The notes: generated from the sequence alone by a model not told the origin. A stretch of DNA of 64,000 nucleotides from a virus (IMGVR_UViG_3300024331_000007:192001-256000); one strand, 5' to 3'. Shown: positions 19,058 through 29,391, numbered from the stretch's first letter. A program made the numbers and translations.

Positions 19058-19747
19058 TTATCCCTCTAGTTTTTTAGCGTAGAACTTGTACAGACGATCC
19101 CACCACAAATCCGAATACTTATCAAATGTATCAGGGGTTATTTCAAACTGTTGATACTGCAAGTCTGGGCTGCACATCATAATAACACCGCGCTTAATGT
19201 CAGTGCCATACAACGCATTGTGCGCCCAAGCATACGCGGCCAACTGTAAGAAGTAGTCCTCAATCCATTCTTTCTTTTTTGGTCTATTGGTTTGCTTGAA
19301 GTCGATGATGGCAATCTCACCCTTGTATAATGCAACGCAATCTGTAGCTCCAGCATAAAGTTCTGGATGAAACAAACTAACTTCAGAACCATAAAATTCA
19401 GTTACATGCTTCAGTCCATTGTTGACAACATGTGTTGCCATTTTATGACTTTCAACTGAAAACGGGTTTGTACCAGAATCACTTACTTCATCATGCAGCA
19501 TGTAATGTTCTAGGAAGGTATGCATTCTGGTGCCGCGATTAGCTGCTTCTTTAGTAATCGATGCTGCTCTTTCGTGACCAACACGCTTGCGCCAAGATTC
19601 CAACGCAACTTTCTTTTCTTCTGATTTAGTTCTATCAAGGATAGTCGTAACGCTGGGGAGTTTCGAACCATCAGGACAGGAATACAGACGCATTCCGTTT
19701 TCTGATTTTCGAGATAGTTTTTGATATGGAAATTTTGATACTAGCAT
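19058..19747 (-). CDS. PD-(D/E)XK exonuclease (Cas4/MGME1-like phage exonuclease)
   Basis: LPSVTTILD, RGTRMH..LE, YAGATDCV...IIDFKQT, YFLQLAAYA; TTGTAT-17-TATACT-6 nt-ATG. Confidence 0.9.
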   Translation of the reverse strand: MLVSKFPYQKLSRKSENGMRLYSCPDGSKLPSVTTILDRTKSEEKKVALESWRKRVGHERAASITKEAANRGTRMHTFLEHYMLHDEVSDSGTNPFSVESHKMATHVVNNGLKHVTEFYGSEVSLFHPELYAGATDCVALYKGEIAIIDFKQTNRPKKKEWIEDYFLQLAAYAWAHNALYGTDIKRGVIMMCSPDLQYQQFEITPDTFDKYSDLWWDRLYKFYAKKLEG

Positions 19748-19785
19748 TTGTTTAGTATACTACTGCGTTACTTTGAATACAACAA

Positions 19786-20455
19786 TTAATCTGGTCGAGA
19801 TGCTGCTCTCTTTGCCATTTGCGTGACGATGCTTTGTTGTGGTCGGCCTTCTTCCTCTTCTTGTGGTTGAGGCGTTGGCTGTCCTTCTTCTGGTGCTTGT
19901 TCTTCACCTTCAGGCATTGCAAAGTCTTCAGGGTTGTATTCCTCATCACCGCCTTCAGCCTGACCTTCCTCTGGTTCTGGTTCCATAGGAATATCCATTG
20001 CTGGTGCGGCGGCTTCTTCATCACCTAAATTAAGCTCAATCTGGTTTTGGTTTATTGACTTAATGGATGGTGCAATAGATGGGTCTTGCGTGAGGTCCAC
20101 TAGTTGCTGATAAGACAGGCGCAATCCACTGCCGCGCAGAAGATCAATGACCTTGGAAACAGAGATAACAGGTTCCAGTCCCTTTTCTTCAGCCTTGTGC
20201 TTCAGGAATACTAAAAGAGTTAATAGTGTATTTTTGATTGCAGGATTAGTGTGTGGATTCGGCATCGGTGATTCCTTGTTTTATTTCTGCTTGTGCGAGA
20301 ACATCATCGGCCATCCACGATAGAGAACAGTAGATCATAAAATGTACTGTCTCTAGCGTGTCTTTGTCTAGCCTACCAAATATCTTTTGCAGATCACTTA
20401 CCAGCAAAAGCGTATTTTCTTCTAGCTTTTCTTTGGTACGTTGAGTCTGGTCCAT
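19786..20455 (-). CDS. Two hypothetical proteins (19786-20265 with acidic low-complexity tail; 20246-20455)
   Basis: ORF track. Confidence 0.55.
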
Positions 20456-20468
20456 TTATGGCCCTCAG

Positions 20469-21374
20469 TTACTTTTTCTTGTCAGACTTGCGTTCCTTGT
20501 TCCTGCATGGTTTACAAATTCCCATATTTTGGCTCATATGTCCAACCAAGCCGTCTCCACATTTCTTACATTCCGTTCTTTTTCCCTCAGTAACCTTCTT
20601 GCCTTCCTTCTTTTCTGCCTTTTCTTCGGCCTTGATTAGAAATTCTGGCTTCTTACCAGTCTTCTTTGCTTCGGCAACGGGCTTCATCATCTTCTTGCTT
20701 GACTTAGCTACGTTCTCTGCTTTAGCATCGTTCTGCATCTTGACTGCCTTTGCTTCTTCCTTGATGGCAATTGTTGCAACACGGCGAAGTTCTTCAGCTA
20801 AACGCTTTGCGCGAAGAGGAAACTTCTTTTCGTTTGTAGCCTTCAATGCTTGGCTCAAAGCAACAATCTTTGCTTCTGAAAGAGCCTTGTTGAACTTGCG
20901 CGATTCTGCTGCTGGCAAACGTGGGGCGCGACCAAGCGGAGATGGAACTGGCTCGTCGCCTTCTGATTCTGGCTCAAAGTCTGTTGCTTCATCACCAAGA
21001 ACATCTTCGCCTTCATCTGGAAGACCAAGTTCAGTCTTTGGACCTTGTTCGGCCTGTGCATCACCTGTAAGAACTAGAACGGCCTGTTCAAGTGCTGTCT
21101 TCTTTTCAGAGGCAGCAGACAATAGTTCAGAAAATACACCGCTTGCTGCTTGCTGATAAGCTGAAGCCTGTTCGCCACCAATGCTGCCACGAATCTTGTC
21201 AACAAGTTTTGGCAACTCTTCGTTGTTCATCTTGCTGAGTTCTTCAACCATATCCTGAAGACGATCAACTTGATCCTTTGCAGCCAATGCTGCTTCGGCA
21301 TTTTCAATCTCGCCTTCGCGCAACATCTGACGAGCGTACTTCTTAATTGGGTTTTCGGTCAGTTTCTTTTTCAT
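20469..21374 (-). CDS. Coiled-coil protein, putative prohead core/scaffold
   Basis: Charged helical composition, L-x-E motifs, TAAATA and SD upstream. Confidence 0.45.
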   Translation of the reverse strand: MKKKLTENPIKKYARQMLREGEIENAEAALAAKDQVDRLQDMVEELSKMNNEELPKLVDKIRGSIGGEQASAYQQAASGVFSELLSAASEKKTALEQAVLVLTGDAQAEQGPKTELGLPDEGEDVLGDEATDFEPESEGDEPVPSPLGRAPRLPAAESRKFNKALSEAKIVALSQALKATNEKKFPLRAKRLAEELRRVATIAIKEEAKAVKMQNDAKAENVAKSSKKMMKPVAEAKKTGKKPEFLIKAEEKAEKKEGKKVTEGKRTECKKCGDGLVGHMSQNMGICKPCRNKERKSDKKK

Positions 21375-21409
21375 AGTCGTCGGTTCCTACCTTGAATCTA
21401 TTTAGCCTT

Positions 21410-22384
21410 TTACTTGCGAATAAGTGCCTGAGCACCCTTCAGTAATCCTTCGAAATTACCATTTAGCTCTGGAGTCTTTGCAACCACTTGTTTTACGGCA
21501 TCTATTGCGTTTTTACGCTGATAGCCGAGGTTCTGAAGCGCCGATACAACATCTGACATCGTCTGCGTTGATGTTAACTGAGCAACAACTGGTTTTATTC
21601 CAGCAGGCTTTGTTTTTGCTACCTTTGCGCCATTATAAATGTTCATAAAATACCCAACAAGTTCTGTTCTAGTCTTTGGATCAGTAACATTTTTGAATGG
21701 GTTTCCTTTGATTTGTGGTAGAGCAGCTTCAACATCCTTTGCAGTAACCAACTTTCCAGCCAAACCATTACGGTATATTTTGTTCATATACTCTGAAATG
21801 CCACGACGAGAATTTGGATCTTTGTACTCGCTGAAATGTTCCTGCATTTGTTTGCCCAAAAACTTATTTACTGAAGCTGGGTTCTTAGGATCGATCATCT
21901 CAAGTTCTTTCTCAAGGTCTGTAATCTTGATCTGTCCGTGTTCGGACGACAATGACTGTCCCTTTAAACCACCAACAAACGCTCCTATTGCCGATCCAGC
22001 AACATGCGGAACAAACTTCTTAGCTGTGTCAACACCATGTCCAATTCCCTTTTTAATACCGCCATGATACATGGCAGCTTTTGCTTCGGGAGCAACAGGC
22101 TTTTGCTGACGAGGATTCTTTTCAAGCAGCGTTTTCTTTTCACGGAGATATTCTGTGAGATACTTCGCTGTGGCAAGCATGCTTAAGTAAATTGCATTTC
22201 TTTCGCCCAGAAAGTATTGATCTGTGTTTCTAAAATCAGAAATTTGGGAGCAGATGTCCTCAAGAATGAATTTAGCTTTGGCTTCCGTGAGTTCTTCCTT
22301 TGACAGTTCAAAGTCAAATGTTTCACGAAGAACCTTACCAATCATCTGTGTTGAAACAGGATTACCCAATTCACCAATAAACAT
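21410..22384 (-). CDS. Putative virion-associated protein with C-terminal RuvA domain III-like module
   Basis: C-terminal DVVSALQNLGYQRKNAIDAVKQV...FEGLLKGAQAL matches the RuvA_C pattern (A..AL..LGY...EA..AV). Confidence 0.6.
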   Translation of the reverse strand: MFIGELGNPVSTQMIGKVLRETFDFELSKEELTEAKAKFILEDICSQISDFRNTDQYFLGERNAIYLSMLATAKYLTEYLREKKTLLEKNPRQQKPVAPEAKAAMYHGGIKKGIGHGVDTAKKFVPHVAGSAIGAFVGGLKGQSLSSEHGQIKITDLEKELEMIDPKNPASVNKFLGKQMQEHFSEYKDPNSRRGISEYMNKIYRNGLAGKLVTAKDVEAALPQIKGNPFKNVTDPKTRTELVGYFMNIYNGAKVAKTKPAGIKPVVAQLTSTQTMSDVVSALQNLGYQRKNAIDAVKQVVAKTPELNGNFEGLLKGAQALIRK

Positions 22385-22392
22385 ATATCCCC

Positions 22393-22680
22393 TTATTGAC
22401 CCGGTGCCTTCGACAACAAGGCAGGAACCAAAATTCGTAGGAACAACAGGCCCAAAGCACTAAACAAAGTAACGATAATCGCAGTACCCCACTTAATTAG
22501 CTGGTTATTACGATCTTCCTTCATATCATCTACTAGCTGCTTCAGTTCCTTGTGAGCTAATACAAGTTCTTCAATCTTCTTTTCAATGGCTTCGACAGCT
22601 TCATTGCTTGTTTGATCGCGCAACGCTTGGAGTTCAACGTGCATCTCCAGATTCTTTTTCTCCAGTTCAATTGGCATCAT
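22393..22680 (-). CDS. Coiled-coil protein with C-terminal TM anchor (XhlA/holin-like)
   Basis: EKKNLEMHVEL...coiled coil...WGTAIIVTLFSALGLLFLRIL. Confidence 0.5.
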   Translation of the reverse strand: MMPIELEKKNLEMHVELQALRDQTSNEAVEAIEKKIEELVLAHKELKQLVDDMKEDRNNQLIKWGTAIIVTLFSALGLLFLRILVPALLSKAPGQ

Positions 22681-22768
22681 GTACTCCCTAGCCCACGTAA
22701 TAACTTCACTGGTATTTATTGAAACATGGTAAAAAGGTAGGTACCCAATGTTCATAAATCACAAGTGA

Positions 22769-23191
22769 TTACGATAGTTTTGTGAGTACAATGTTTAAAT
22801 ATTCTCCAACTGTGGAGAAACAAGAATGCTCATATACGATTGATTCGTCAAGTCCAGTAACTACGGGTATTCTATCGAAATCATTGCGTATTAACCAAAG
22901 ATCAACATCAGACTCATATCTACAAGTGAATTTCCAAATATTCACGTCATCAATAGGTCCATACGCCCACCCAAACCCATAAGCAGCGGGTCGTTGGTGT
23001 GTAAGTTTTACAGGCGCAGAAATATCCAGTGGTTGAAAGCGCAAACCCAACAGTTGTGTCACTGTATCCCAATTTCTTTGCTCATTGCGTCGGAAGTCCC
23101 ATTCTTTCTGAGATAGTGATGAACCCTGTGGCTTTGAATTTCTGTGGATATTAGTCTTTGTAATGTCCAGTAAGGAGCAAATTTCGATCAT
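22769..23191 (-). CDS. Conserved late hypothetical protein
   Basis: TATAAATA-5 nt-ATG. Confidence 0.6.
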   Translation of the reverse strand: MIEICSLLDITKTNIHRNSKPQGSSLSQKEWDFRRNEQRNWDTVTQLLGLRFQPLDISAPVKLTHQRPAAYGFGWAYGPIDDVNIWKFTCRYESDVDLWLIRNDFDRIPVVTGLDESIVYEHSCFSTVGEYLNIVLTKLS

Positions 23192-23302
23192 ACCCCTATT
23201 TATAGATGATTTTCGCGGTTATGAGTTATTTTTTGCGAGTTCGTATAAATAGATTCATGGGGAGCAAAACTCCCAAATTCATTAGCAGTAACGGAGAGTA
23301 TC

Positions 23303-23779
23303 ATGGCACAGATTTATAAGGTAAATCCAGCAATTGACGGCAATTCAGTTAGCGTATTCGGTAAGAATCCTGACTATGTTGAACTCAATTTCGGAACCAC
23401 AAACGGCAACATCCTCAGCGCATGGAACCTAGGTCCTAACGGTGCGTGGCCTGTAATTATCCAGACAGTTGAACAGGTTGCATCCATCGAAGTTCTTGGT
23501 GCAATTCAGGCAAACTGCGTACTTCTTTCACAGAACGGCGGAAACGCAAACGTTGGTGTTCGTATGTTGACCACAGGTGTTAACGCAGCAAACGCAGTCG
23601 CATTGCAGAGCGCAATTCAGGCTCTTGGAACAATCAGCACTGGCAACGGTTCTGCGAGCGCACCTTATTCCAATGTCAATGCTGCCGCTATCACTGTTGC
23701 AGCAATTTCAATTGGAGCACCTCAGCCCGGTCCACTTGGAGGCCAAAATTCGGGCTTTCCAGCAGGTGTCAGTTTCTAA
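23303..23779 (+). CDS. Putative abundant virion (head decoration-like) protein
   Basis: TATAAATA at 23245, GGGAG/CTCCC leader hairpin, GGAG SD, biased codons, own terminator. Confidence 0.55.
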   Translation: MAQIYKVNPAIDGNSVSVFGKNPDYVELNFGTTNGNILSAWNLGPNGAWPVIIQTVEQVASIEVLGAIQANCVLLSQNGGNANVGVRMLTTGVNAANAVALQSAIQALGTISTGNGSASAPYSNVNAAAITVAAISIGAPQPGPLGGQNSGFPAGVSF

Positions 23780-23795
23780 GAAAGTTCTAACTAAC

Positions 23796-23827
23796 AAAAG
23801 GACAAGCATTAAATTGCTTGTCCTTTT
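23796..23827. terminator. Intrinsic terminator
   Basis: AAAAGGACAAGCA-ttaaat-TGCTTGTCCTTTT. Confidence 0.85.
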
Positions 23828-23847
23828 TATTTGTGTTATAATATTTT

Positions 23848-24597
23848 ATGCCTAAAAAGTTATCTCAAGAAGAGTTTATTGCCCGTCTTCATGCAACCCG
23901 AGGAGATAGGTATGACTATTCTAAAGTAAAATATAAAGGAAGCAAGAAACCAATAACTATTTTATGTGCTACACATGGTCAATTTGAACAGTTAGCAACA
24001 AGTCATCTCAACGATAAACAAAACTGTCCAAATTGTTCTATTCGCGCCACCAGTAATACTACCGATTTCATAAGAAAAGCCAAACAAATACATCCACTTC
24101 AAAAATACAACTACGATAAAACACACTATCTCAATGCTAGAACACCTGTAATTATTACTTGTGTTATACATGGAGATTTCCAACAAAAACCAAACGACCA
24201 TCTATCAGGTTATGGATGTTCAAAATGTAATATCTCAAAAGCAGAGACATATATAACAAATATCCTAATAAACAAAAATTTAACCTTTACGCCGCAATAC
24301 AAAATATCTTCATGTAAAAACATACACCCATTGCCATTTGATTTTGCTATTCTGGAAAATAACGTAGTTTTAGGCTTGATAGAGTTCAATGGCAGACAGC
24401 ACTATGAACCGATATGGGGTAAGAATAATCTTAAAAAGACTCAAATCAATGACAAAATCAAAAAGGAATACTGTCGTCAAAACAATATTCCTTTTCTTGT
24501 AATCCCATATACTAAAGAAAAATTTATTACAGAGAATGTTAATAAATTTCTAAAAACTATCGTCGAATGCCGTAAAAATACAAATCATGACTACTAA
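23848..24597 (+). CDS. Homing-endonuclease-like protein (zinc-module repeats + PD-(D/E)XK), paralog of 6371-7321
   Basis: RYDYSKVKY, ILCATHGQF, FDFAI...LIEFNGRQHY. Confidence 0.8.
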   Translation: MPKKLSQEEFIARLHATRGDRYDYSKVKYKGSKKPITILCATHGQFEQLATSHLNDKQNCPNCSIRATSNTTDFIRKAKQIHPLQKYNYDKTHYLNARTPVIITCVIHGDFQQKPNDHLSGYGCSKCNISKAETYITNILINKNLTFTPQYKISSCKNIHPLPFDFAILENNVVLGLIEFNGRQHYEPIWGKNNLKKTQINDKIKKEYCRQNNIPFLVIPYTKEKFITENVNKFLKTIVECRKNTNHDY

Positions 24598-25093
24598 TCT
24601 CATGTATGAATTGGAAATCAACAAAGAATCCATTCAAATCAATGTTGCTTCTAAAATCTTCATCGATAAGATTCTTATAGTAGTTCCATCCAAGACCAAT
24701 TGTTAACGGGGAATCGGCGGGGGAAGTCCTCGCCGTGCCATGCTCTGCGCGGCCAGCAGTTGCACATGTCATAACAACTAAACCCAACGGCTTTGTCATA
24801 CGAATCATGTTGTGGAATGTTTCAACCCACTTTGGGTTATGCTCAAAGCATTCACATGAAATAGTCACATCGAACGTTGCATCAGGCGCATTATAATCCT
24901 CGCCTTTACAAACCAGATCAACATCTCGTCCCGGTCCCACATCAATTCCAAGATATTCACATCCTGTGAAGAATGGTCGAACTGTACCGTTAATGTTTAG
25001 GCTTCCAATTTCTAAAACTTTTTTTCCTGTGAAGTATTCAGGATGTTGATTTTTTAATCCTGCGACAAAGTCGAGTTGCTGTCGGTGTGACAT
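24557..25093 (-). CDS. Class I SAM-dependent methyltransferase
   Basis: KVLEIGS, YLGIDVGPGRDVD, FDVTISCECFEH. Confidence 0.85.
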   Translation of the reverse strand: MSHRQQLDFVAGLKNQHPEYFTGKKVLEIGSLNINGTVRPFFTGCEYLGIDVGPGRDVDLVCKGEDYNAPDATFDVTISCECFEHNPKWVETFHNMIRMTKPLGLVVMTCATAGRAEHGTARTSPADSPLTIGLGWNYYKNLIDEDFRSNIDLNGFFVDFQFIHEISSHDLYFYGIRR

Positions 25094-25482
25094 TGTTTCT
25101 CCCTTTTAATTGCTTGCCAGCATGTAATGATTCTATCACCATCTGAGCCTGTTATTGGCAAAAGATTGGCTCCAGCATTAACAAAATTCATGATGGCAAA
25201 GAAATGCCAGAATGTATTTGTATTCCAGAGAACCGAACCAATAATGAGATTCATTAGAGGTCCCGCTGCACTGATCCAAATATTTAAATGAGGTGGGCCT
25301 GCTTCTCGGACAGTATATGCTCCCTTCCATGCGAAGCCAAGTCCATGAACTGGAACTCGACAAAGCAGAGAAACAAGTATGTGTCCAAGTTCATGTAGCA
25401 GAAGCACTACGATTACTAATGAAAAATATGCCGAAATGAGTAGCACTGATAATATCACATGCAACATTCGTTCCCACTCCAT
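25054..25482 (-). CDS. Minimal M50 (site-2 protease family) intramembrane metalloprotease
   Basis: HELGH in TM1, AGPLMN, NLLPITGSDG. Confidence 0.85.
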   Translation of the reverse strand: MEWERMLHVILSVLLISAYFSLVIVVLLLHELGHILVSLLCRVPVHGLGFAWKGAYTVREAGPPHLNIWISAAGPLMNLIIGSVLWNTNTFWHFFAIMNFVNAGANLLPITGSDGDRIITCWQAIKREKQCHTDSNSTLSQD

Positions 25483-25550
25483 TCTCTACAGTACGGCAAA
25501 CGAAAGTAATACAGGTAGTATATCGTATCGGATTGCCAAATGTAAATCTA

Positions 25551-26468
25551 TTAATTTGGTATTATCACAACCAAAATATTTGATGGTCCGCTCTCAACTC
25601 CGCTGGAATCAACCGCCGTTACATAATATTGATATGTTTGGGCAGACAAAACTGTGGTATCTGTGTAATTTAATTGCGCAGATGTTCCGATAATTGAGTA
25701 TGGCCCATTCAACGAGCGATAAACGTTAAAGCTTGCAATTGGATCATCAGGACTAATTTCATTCCATGACAAATTTACTTCATGAAATCCAGTGCCAGAA
25801 AGAGAAATAGTTGCAACGGGATTAACAGAGGAATTGCTGGTGATCGTTATTGTCCCTGAAATTACACCTGTTGAAATCGGCGAGAATGTAATATTTAATG
25901 GAACGGATGTATTCGGCAGCAAAACAAAGGTAGGTCCCATTGTATCAAAAGAAAATTCTGTGGAACCCGATAACACAACTGAGGAAACTGTAACAGGGCC
26001 TGTTCCCGTGGAAGACAGAGTGACAGTTTGAGTTGCAGATGAGCCATCGACCACTGATCCAAATTGTACATTTGATGATTGCAGTGTCAGGATAGGTGTT
26101 AAGACTACCGCGGGTGTCAAAGTTATTTTCACTGTTTTTGAAACTCTATTTAAACTTGCCGTCAGAGTAACAGTTGTGGCTGTTGATACTGCATTTACTG
26201 TTGCCGTAAATGAGGAGGATACTGAACCCTTCGGGATTAACAATGAAGAAGGAACAGTGATTGATGAAGAACTACTCGCCAATGACACAGTTTGACCAGT
26301 GCTTGAGGAAGATAACGACACTGTGCATACATCCGTTCCAGACGCCGAAAACGAGGTATTCACACATGAAAGTGCAGCGAGTGAAGGTGCTGGAGCAGGC
26401 TTTTTAGCGCAGGCTTGCAAAGGAAATAAACAGGCCACAATCAAAAAATACACAGCTAATCTTTTCAA
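25551..26468 (-). CDS. Surface (lipo)protein with Ig-like, choice-of-anchor D and Fn3 domains
   Basis: Signal ...LQAC; VQFGSV...TQTVTLSSTGTGPVTV...ITFSP...GTITITSNS; C-terminal VNLSWN...FNVYRS...YTDTTV...YYVTAVDSSGVES..SN. Confidence 0.75.
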   Translation of the reverse strand: MKRLAVYFLIVACLFPLQACAKKPAPAPSLAALSCVNTSFSASGTDVCTVSLSSSSTGQTVSLASSSSSITVPSSLLIPKGSVSSSFTATVNAVSTATTVTLTASLNRVSKTVKITLTPAVVLTPILTLQSSNVQFGSVVDGSSATQTVTLSSTGTGPVTVSSVVLSGSTEFSFDTMGPTFVLLPNTSVPLNITFSPISTGVISGTITITSNSSVNPVATISLSGTGFHEVNLSWNEISPDDPIASFNVYRSLNGPYSIIGTSAQLNYTDTTVLSAQTYQYYVTAVDSSGVESGPSNILVVIIPN

Positions 26469-26500
26469 GGTTGTCTCCCATTACGTTGGAGTGTTACCTA

Positions 26501-26968
26501 TTATTTATAGAAAATAGCTGTGTTTGTTTTCATCGGTAAAATTAGAAAGGCCATGTTTAAAGATGGATCATAGGCTTTAGCGGTGAGATGTATACTTACC
26601 GTTGGGGTTGTTAGCGAATCCGTCTCAATAAAAATATCAGCCGTGGCATCTCCAGCGGCATGAGGGTCAAATGCTAGCCCAATATTCGTTGTTTGGTTTG
26701 GCTTCAGTACAATAGGAGCCATAGGAACAGCAATACTTAAATCCGAATCTTCACTGACAATTTTGAACGATTTAATAACAACGGGCTGCAATCCAGTAGA
26801 AGTAAGCACAATCTTTGTTTCTGCCTTTTGAGCCATTGAAATAGGATGGAACACCACATTCTGATAGTCAGATATCAAGCATTTTTCTTGTTTGGGCACG
26901 GGTTCTTTGGCAAAGGATATTGATAAAATCAACGAGAACAATAAGAGGAGCGTTGTATATTTAAGCAA
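26501..26968 (-). CDS. Exported single choice-of-anchor D (ASH/Ig-like) domain protein
   Basis: Signal peptide; LTSTG..PVVI..F.I...LKPNQTT.I.L.F.P...G...A.I.I.TD. Confidence 0.6.
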   Translation of the reverse strand: MLKYTTLLLLFSLILSISFAKEPVPKQEKCLISDYQNVVFHPISMAQKAETKIVLTSTGLQPVVIKSFKIVSEDSDLSIAVPMAPIVLKPNQTTNIGLAFDPHAAGDATADIFIETDSLTTPTVSIHLTAKAYDPSLNMAFLILPMKTNTAIFYK

Positions 26969-26985
26969 TGTTATATCCCCAGTGA

Positions 26986-27770
26986 TTATAACTCACCTGA
27001 CTCCAATATGTGTAAAACTACATAGGACTCAAGTTCTTCTTGCGATGAAAACTCATATTTCCGCACATACCAGAAGTACCCCGGACTTTTGGGTGCGTAG
27101 CAAATTTCTTCGTAAATCCATTCGTGGTCTTCGTTTTTGATTATTCGACTTTCTGTGACGCAACCGGGTAATACAGTTTTGAGATTTTCCACGTTATCGA
27201 AGAAAATTCGCATAACGTATTTATAAGGTAACAATAAATGTCATCTAATATCTAAGGTCGGTTCTCCAGATTCCAACATGAAAAGAAACAGAAAATTAGA
27301 TCGTTCCTGTGAATTGTTAGGTATTTTGATTAAATTACAAGTTCGGCTTACAGCATACTTACTCGCGACATATGTTATACCGGGTTCACCCTCTTCAAAA
27401 CCTTTAATTGACCCAACATGATAAATGTATTTGTTTCCATTCCACCACGGATACAGAACCCAGTCACCGACATTCAGAATATTTTCGTTTTTATCATATC
27501 TATTGTAGTGATCCATTATGCACGTTCCAATGTCTTCAGAAACACATATTGTTCTTGTTCAGAGGGGTCATCCGATAGTTTTTCGATTGTTTTTGAATAT
27601 AGGTGATATTCGCAATGAAGGTATTCAATAGTGGCACATCGCTCACCGAATTGATCAACGTCCAGTGCCATTATCTGGCAAATTTTATAGCCGCGAAGGA
27701 ATGGAACAGACTTTGGGGTGTAAAGAACCCAGTCTCCAATCTTCAGGTTGTTGCCTAAACGATCCGTCAT
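26986..27770 (-). CDS. Three small proteins with LxxLE tail (26986-27234; SH3-like 27241-27516 and 27516-27770)
   Basis: YDKNENILNVGDWVLY, DRLGNNLKIGDWVLY; tails VVLHILES, LFLFMLES, VFLKTLER. Confidence 0.7.
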
Positions 27771-27801
27771 CGTCTACTTTTCCTTGTGTATTTCCAGAAG
27801 G

Positions 27802-28089
27802 TCATTGTGAATACTCCAATTGCAGCAGCATTACTTTTTGATTCCGTTCGGTTTCATTGGCGGGTAGTTTAGTAACAGCATATCCCCAGAATCCAGCAGT
27901 AGACCATTGAGCTAACCCTCACGCTATCGCTTTAGGAGAAAATGTCTTAAATGTAATCCATGCTTCAGTTTCAACTCCGACAACTTTGAACGATTCAATA
28001 ACGCCAACGCCAGTACCAAACCACGCATCTTCGTAGAAAACAAAGTCTCCAATGGCTAAGGAATTGCCGTATTTGTCAACATGGTTCAT
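27802..28089 (-). pseudogene. Family C paralog interrupted by one in-frame TGA
   Basis: MNHVDKYGNSLAIGDFVFY...KAIA*(27919-27921)GLAQW...KLPANETERNQKVMLLQLEYSQ*. Confidence 0.75.
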
Positions 28090-28487
28090 ATGATTACTTG
28101 GGTTCGTTTAGATAGAGGTTGACCGTACAGGCGAACACCCTTTGCACGTACAAGGTCTGCCGCTGACTGAGGATTGCTCTGGAACATCGACTCAAGTTCT
28201 ATTTTTCCGATGCCGCCTGCACACGTCAACTTAAAAATCTCATAGTTGCGCTGTGCATTGGCCTGTGCTCTAATCTTGAGCATATGAAGAAGTTGAGCAA
28301 CTTCTTTACTGTAATCGTTCTCACGATCCTCAAGAATGGCAAGCATCTCTGCGCCGTCATTCAGTTTTGTAATGTCAATTGGAATAATGCACTCTAAGCC
28401 TTCCATACAAAACATAACGATGAAGGTTTGTTCAGGCATTGATTCTTCATCTGTATATTCTTGTTCGATACCGTCTTCAATTCTCAT
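28086..28487 (-). CDS. Conserved jumbo-phage hypothetical protein
   Basis: FIVMFCMEGLECII...RAQANAQRNYEIF; TTGACT-17-TAAAAT-6 nt-ATG. Confidence 0.6.
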   Translation of the reverse strand: MRIEDGIEQEYTDEESMPEQTFIVMFCMEGLECIIPIDITKLNDGAEMLAILEDRENDYSKEVAQLLHMLKIRAQANAQRNYEIFKLTCAGGIGKIELESMFQSNPQSAADLVRAKGVRLYGQPLSKRTQVII

Positions 28488-28600
28488 GGGGTGATTTTAT
28501 CACTAAACCTTACGGAAGTCAATGTCAATGTATGTCGTTGATTCTAAAGGAATGTTTACCGAAACTGTCATATTTACAGTCGCTGTAAATTTACTAAACA

Positions 28601-29389
28601 TTATTTGCTGGATTCAACCATGTATCGATCCATCAATGTTTGGAGTAAAGCCAGCACATCACATTTATTCTGATATTTGCGCAGATATGCATAAAGAGGT
28701 CTGCCGTATGTCAAATCGTCGCCGTGTCCTTCCCCATCTACCAGTTCACGTCGCAATGTAATTAGATGCCCATCCTTCAATCGCAATCTTTGCTGAATGC
28801 GGAAGAACAATGCACGAACGAATGCTGGTGTGTTTCCACCCAACACCAAACCTCTCAGGTAACGCTTAATCTCGTTCACTGGAAGTTCAATATTCGTCTG
28901 ACCAAGCAGTTCCTTTGCATTGCGCAACGTTGTAATGACATTGGCAAGGTCCGTGCTGCTCAGGAAGATGTGGTCAAACTTTGGAAACTTCAATGTCTTG
29001 ATGCAGTAACGCTTTGTCTCTTCGTGCTGCGATACAAGCTGTATGGACAGCATCATTGCAAAGAAGATTTCGCCCAACTCTTTTGTGCTGTATTTCTCCA
29101 CCATCTCTTCGTTACGAAACGCTCGACTTTCTGTTATAAATGACAGTAAATTACCTTCGTTGACCTGTTCAGATTCATTATCAAGTTGATGCCAAAATGG
29201 TGCTAAAACAGATTCCATTGCATTATGAGTAAGTTCTTGCAATTCAGTTGCATCTTGCTCTGATAAATTCAATTCCTTTGGAAATGTTATAGTAACTGAT
29301 AATTCTTTCTCATTTACCGAAAAATGATATTGAGCATCGGGTGTCAAACACCGTCTTCCTTCAAATGTCAGTGGTAGTTTTTTAGCCAT
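28601..29389 (-). CDS. Hypothetical protein
   Basis: ORF track; ITESRAFR motif. Confidence 0.55.
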   Translation of the reverse strand: MAKKLPLTFEGRRCLTPDAQYHFSVNEKELSVTITFPKELNLSEQDATELQELTHNAMESVLAPFWHQLDNESEQVNEGNLLSFITESRAFRNEEMVEKYSTKELGEIFFAMMLSIQLVSQHEETKRYCIKTLKFPKFDHIFLSSTDLANVITTLRNAKELLGQTNIELPVNEIKRYLRGLVLGGNTPAFVRALFFRIQQRLRLKDGHLITLRRELVDGEGHGDDLTYGRPLYAYLRKYQNKCDVLALLQTLMDRYMVESSK

Positions 29390-29391
29390 TG

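Noticed and set aside
27890-27925. tRNA-like 5' half on minus strand (GGGTTAGCTCAATGGT)
   Set aside because: No GAGC to close the D-stem and no anticodon or T arm; lies within a family C reading frame.
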